From contig NC_079171.1 of assembly GCF_947568905.1 (NCBI RefSeq), positions 25,358,001 through 25,422,000 of the forward strand: 64,000 nucleotides of DNA, in the 5' to 3' direction. The notes beneath the pieces were generated by a model. That model was not told the DNA's origin. It worked only from the letters and a program-made list of their open reading frames with translations, and did not search any database. The DNA is from Ostrea edulis (taxonomy: Eukaryota). Positions 61,182-64,000 of this stretch are shown piece by piece. Position 1 is the first letter of the stretch. Each line of letters starts with the position of its first letter. A program made the translations under genes and the position numbers.

Positions 61182-61275
61182 TGACTGTAGAGTCTCCATG
61201 ACTGTAGAGTTCCCTTTGACTGCAGAGTCCCCCTTGACTGTAGAGTCTGCCTTGACTGTAGAGTGTCTCTTGACT
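61182..61275. repeat. Internal array of the 18-bp TIR subterminal motif (TGACTGTAGAGT-N6), 5 units
   Basis: Units at 61182, 61199, 61217, 61235 and 61253; same motif at 61863-61916 in the TIR. Confidence 0.88.
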
Positions 61276-61542
61276 TTCACCTATATCACGACCTCCGTAG
61301 AAGAGACATTTATTTGCTTCCTATTTTATGCTTGTTTGACTTTAAAGTGTGCATCGTTTCAATTTCTGAAGAAGCACGGGCAATAAAACATTCTCTGTTT
61401 GTTGAATTCTTCTCTTAAAATGAGCTCTATCTGTGGCATGTTGCACCCAAATCCCTTTCCGTTCTTCGTACGGAATTAAAATAATCTGTACACGATCATT
61501 AAATTTAACTTCTTTTTTCATAATATTCTCCTCTTTGAATTT

Positions 61543-61785
61543 CTAACGTATTTCAAAGTGTGGGAAGTATTTTCGCGGCATAACTCGACGTTTCAATAGG
61601 TATTCTTCAGATCCCCAGCTGTCTGCAATGTCATACCCATTTTTCATTTTTTCCTTAAAATTAGCAATGCAATCCTCTTTTTTGTCAAACCATTGACTCT
61701 CTTGCAATGTCCATTTCTTCTCATTTCTTCTTAGAGCACTCCAGGCTAAAATTTTCCATTTGTACTGCTTTCCCTGAGTTTCCAT
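61543..61785 (-). CDS. Small Polinton hypothetical protein
   Basis: 80-aa ATG ORF just inside the right TIR. Confidence 0.5.
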   Translation of the reverse strand: METQGKQYKWKILAWSALRRNEKKWTLQESQWFDKKEDCIANFKEKMKNGYDIADSWGSEEYLLKRRVMPRKYFPHFEIR

Positions 61786-61859
61786 CGTTATAACAACTTA
61801 CGTAAACCTTATGTGGTATTTATTGTTACAATTCGTGACGTCAGTGACCGTAGAGTCAC

Positions 61860-62016
61860 CCTTGACTGTAGAGTACACCTTGACTGTAAAGTCACCCCTG
61901 ACTGTAGAGTCACCCCTGGATTGTGACCTCAATTATGACCTGTGTGGGTGGGGACTGGGAATCCCCATGACGTCATCTTGACTGTAAAGTGACTGCACAG
62001 TGTATACCCTACTACT
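61860..62016 (-). repeat. Polinton right TIR (157 bp)
   Basis: Reverse complement of 40902-41058. Confidence 0.96.
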
Positions 62017-62882
62017 CACCTAGTCTTGCCAGGCTTGAACCTATTGTTGTATGGTCCCAAACACTTTTGGAAGGTGTCGTGTATATCGACGCTCACACTT
62101 ATCGATCGGTACTTATTCCACAACTCCAATCGGTTCAATAAAAAATTGATAAACGACGGGTTGGAAAATATTGGGTAACTACCGTCATAGTTTGGAAATT
62201 TAGTGTAGTACGTCATCAATATATCCGCAATCTCCCCGCAAAAAATGAAAGGATTCACACATGTTATGTCGTGAATATCGTGTAAAAAGTTCAACAGGGA
62301 CGTATCGTACACCAATTCCTTGGCATCGACGACTTGTTTCTGTCTGGGATTGTTCAATACAGTATTGGCTGTGATAGGTAGTTGGAATTTGAGTGACTCT
62401 ATAGCTTGATCGCATATGCTAGGTTTCTTTCTGGGATCCTTGCTGGCGCTTCTCATCGACGAACTGAGATTATCCTTGGGCATAATGAATGTGTAAGGGG
62501 TATCTATAATACTCTGTTTGAAAATAAATCTATGACAAAAGTTCATCACATTGGCGACACTCATCCAAAATATATCTTCGGTCACTTCTTTCGGTACGTA
62601 ATATTCGTACATACACCACCTTAATAAGGGCGTATCCATGGATCTAAAATTCGCATCGGTATAGTCGATGATTGGTGTACGCATAGAATTGGCAGTATGT
62701 CTTACACCCACATATGCTTTATATGGATGTAGAACGACCTTGACAGGTGGTCTATCCATATGTTGGTCTACCAACCGGTCTCGCTGTGTCACCGAAGGTG
62801 TTTCTTGGGAGTATGATGCACCTGCTTGCATAATTGAAGCTTTCTGAAGGCTCCAGTTCTTTTTGGAATCTGTGATCGGCAA
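62017..62882 (-). pseudogene. 5' part of the viral gene split by the Polinton
   Basis: 288 codons ending KPGKTR. The stop (TG from the TSD plus A from the element) is created by the insertion; the empty site reads TGT (Cys). Confidence 0.85.
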
Positions 62883-63270
62883 ATGCTTTCGCTGCTTCTA
62901 TTTCTTTCCCTTGTCGACACAGAATTGCAATAACCGGCGTATTCGTGTTCTCCTCTACGGCGTCTGTTCTGTATACTCCGGTTAAACCTAAAGCGTTACA
63001 AATTTCCCTATTGCTAGTTAGCAACTTATAACTGACAGGAGATTTCACAAATCCGGATTTCATAACACATTCATTGTATACCGAGTCATCATAAGACTTT
63101 ATGAAGGACTTAAAGTGGTAGTTAATTTTGTGACATGTGTGCTGGTCGGATTTCGAGCAAGAAGCGTTGCTAGAATTGAAATGCGAGCTGGCCCGTTCAA
63201 TTCTCTTGCTGACTCTTCTTTCCGAGTTGGAAATTTTCCGTATCTCTGTCTTCGGTTGAGGTTTAGACAT
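62752..63270 (-). CDS. Hypothetical viral protein
   Basis: 172-aa ATG ORF preceded by the palindrome at 63315. Confidence 0.55.
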   Translation of the reverse strand: MSKPQPKTEIRKISNSERRVSKRIERASSHFNSSNASCSKSDQHTCHKINYHFKSFIKSYDDSVYNECVMKSGFVKSPVSYKLLTSNREICNALGLTGVYRTDAVEENTNTPVIAILCRQGKEIEAAKAFADHRFQKELEPSESFNYASRCIILPRNTFGDTARPVGRPTYG

Positions 63271-63856
63271 TGTGATCGCGCGTCTGTACCACTTGTATGA
63301 CCTATATGAATAGCTCGAACGTGTTCGTTTTGTTGTACCGTAGTAATTGTTACTATTTGGTCATATTATTTTTATTAAATATTTCTTTTTGATACTATTT
63401 AAAATAGTATATTTATCGTAAAATCCCACTATCATTTGCTTAAAATCTTATACACATCTGTAGGCATAATGTATGGGGTATACTTATCGCTGATAGCGAT
63501 AGTGGTCGCATTTGGATATGGTGATTGCGCAACGAGATAATTACACAACCACCATTATCTCGGAATATCACGTTTGATAGATGGGGTCGTTGGCCATGGG
63601 ATCTGACTACACATTCACCAGTTAGTTCTGCAAGCCGCACCATTGCGTTTATATATTTATACACAATGTTCGCTATATATGCGTATCATGAATTTATGTG
63701 AAAGTTGTGCTGTATATATTTGTAAACATATTTTTAATACTCCATCATAACATGTAATTGTAAAAATAAAAGTGTTACCAAATTGTTACTGTATATTTTT
63801 TATTTGTGGGAAACGAAGGTACATTAAGTAAGACATTACATATATATCCTTAAAAA

Positions 63857-63959
63857 TCGAAGCTGTTCGAGAATTATTGAAGCTGTCTGCGGAGGGCCGT
63901 CCTCCGTGCCGCTCTAATAATATATATATATATACACTGTCAAAGGGCTGTCCTCCATA
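63857..63959. promoter_or_regulatory. Candidate origin-like element, copy 2 (inverted)
   Basis: Inverted match to 1412-1470; TCGAAGCTGTTCGA lies 31 bp from the core, versus 32 bp in copy 1. Confidence 0.45.
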
Positions 63960-64000
63960 TTAGCCTCCACAGTGAATCGTGAACTTACGAAAAACCCATC

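Larger units (their letters stand above)
40902..62016. mobile_element. Complete Polinton/Maverick (adintovirus-like) element, 21,115 bp
   Basis: AGTAGT...ACTACT termini, 157-bp TIRs, 6-bp TSD CACCTA (40896-40901 and 62017-62022); pPolB, INT, ATPase, protease and two capsid genes. Confidence 0.97.
1..64000. other. Segment of a herpes-like (Herpesvirales, probably Malacoherpesviridae-related) viral genome carrying inserted mobile elements
   Basis: Herpes-type terminase, assemblin protease with R/M sites and UL9-like helicase. Dense intronless ORFs are separated by short AT-rich spacers with AATAAA/ATTAAA signals. Confidence 0.88.

Noticed and set aside
1-64000. tRNA, rRNA or structured ncRNA genes
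   Set aside because: None recognisable by eye; covariance-model scans would be needed to exclude them.

Overview
This window is eukaryotic viral DNA, not bacterial. The backbone (1-40901 and 62017-64000) is a gene-dense segment of a herpes-like virus, most plausibly Malacoherpesviridae-related and from an invertebrate. It encodes an assemblin protease-scaffold with recognisable R and M cleavage sites, a candidate major capsid protein, an unspliced terminase ATPase, a UL9-like helicase, a Ser/Thr kinase and many membrane proteins. One membrane protein looks like a heliorhodopsin lacking the retinal lysine. Two mobile elements each split a viral gene. (1) An intact Tc1 (DD34E) transposon at 23195-24700 has 27-bp TIRs and a TA TSD and sits inside the UL9-like helicase. 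(2) A complete 21.1-kb Polinton/Maverick at 40902-62016 has identical 157-bp TIRs with AGTAGT ends and a 6-bp CACCTA TSD and sits inside a 439-codon viral ORF. Removing each element plus one TSD restores a single open frame. The Polinton carries pPolB (split by a GT-AG intron), ATPase, protease, major and minor capsid, a chromodomain integrase and a CARD-PC4 fusion. Its apparently empty left arm hides two divergent spliced genes that the ORF track does not recover: a 4-exon acidic nuclear protein and a mucin-like membrane protein with two alternative TM exons. A TTAA-flanked MITE is nested between them. An AT-core/palindrome element occurs inverted near both window ends and is a candidate origin. 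Family assignments are by-eye motif recognition; no searches were run, and no host flank is visible.
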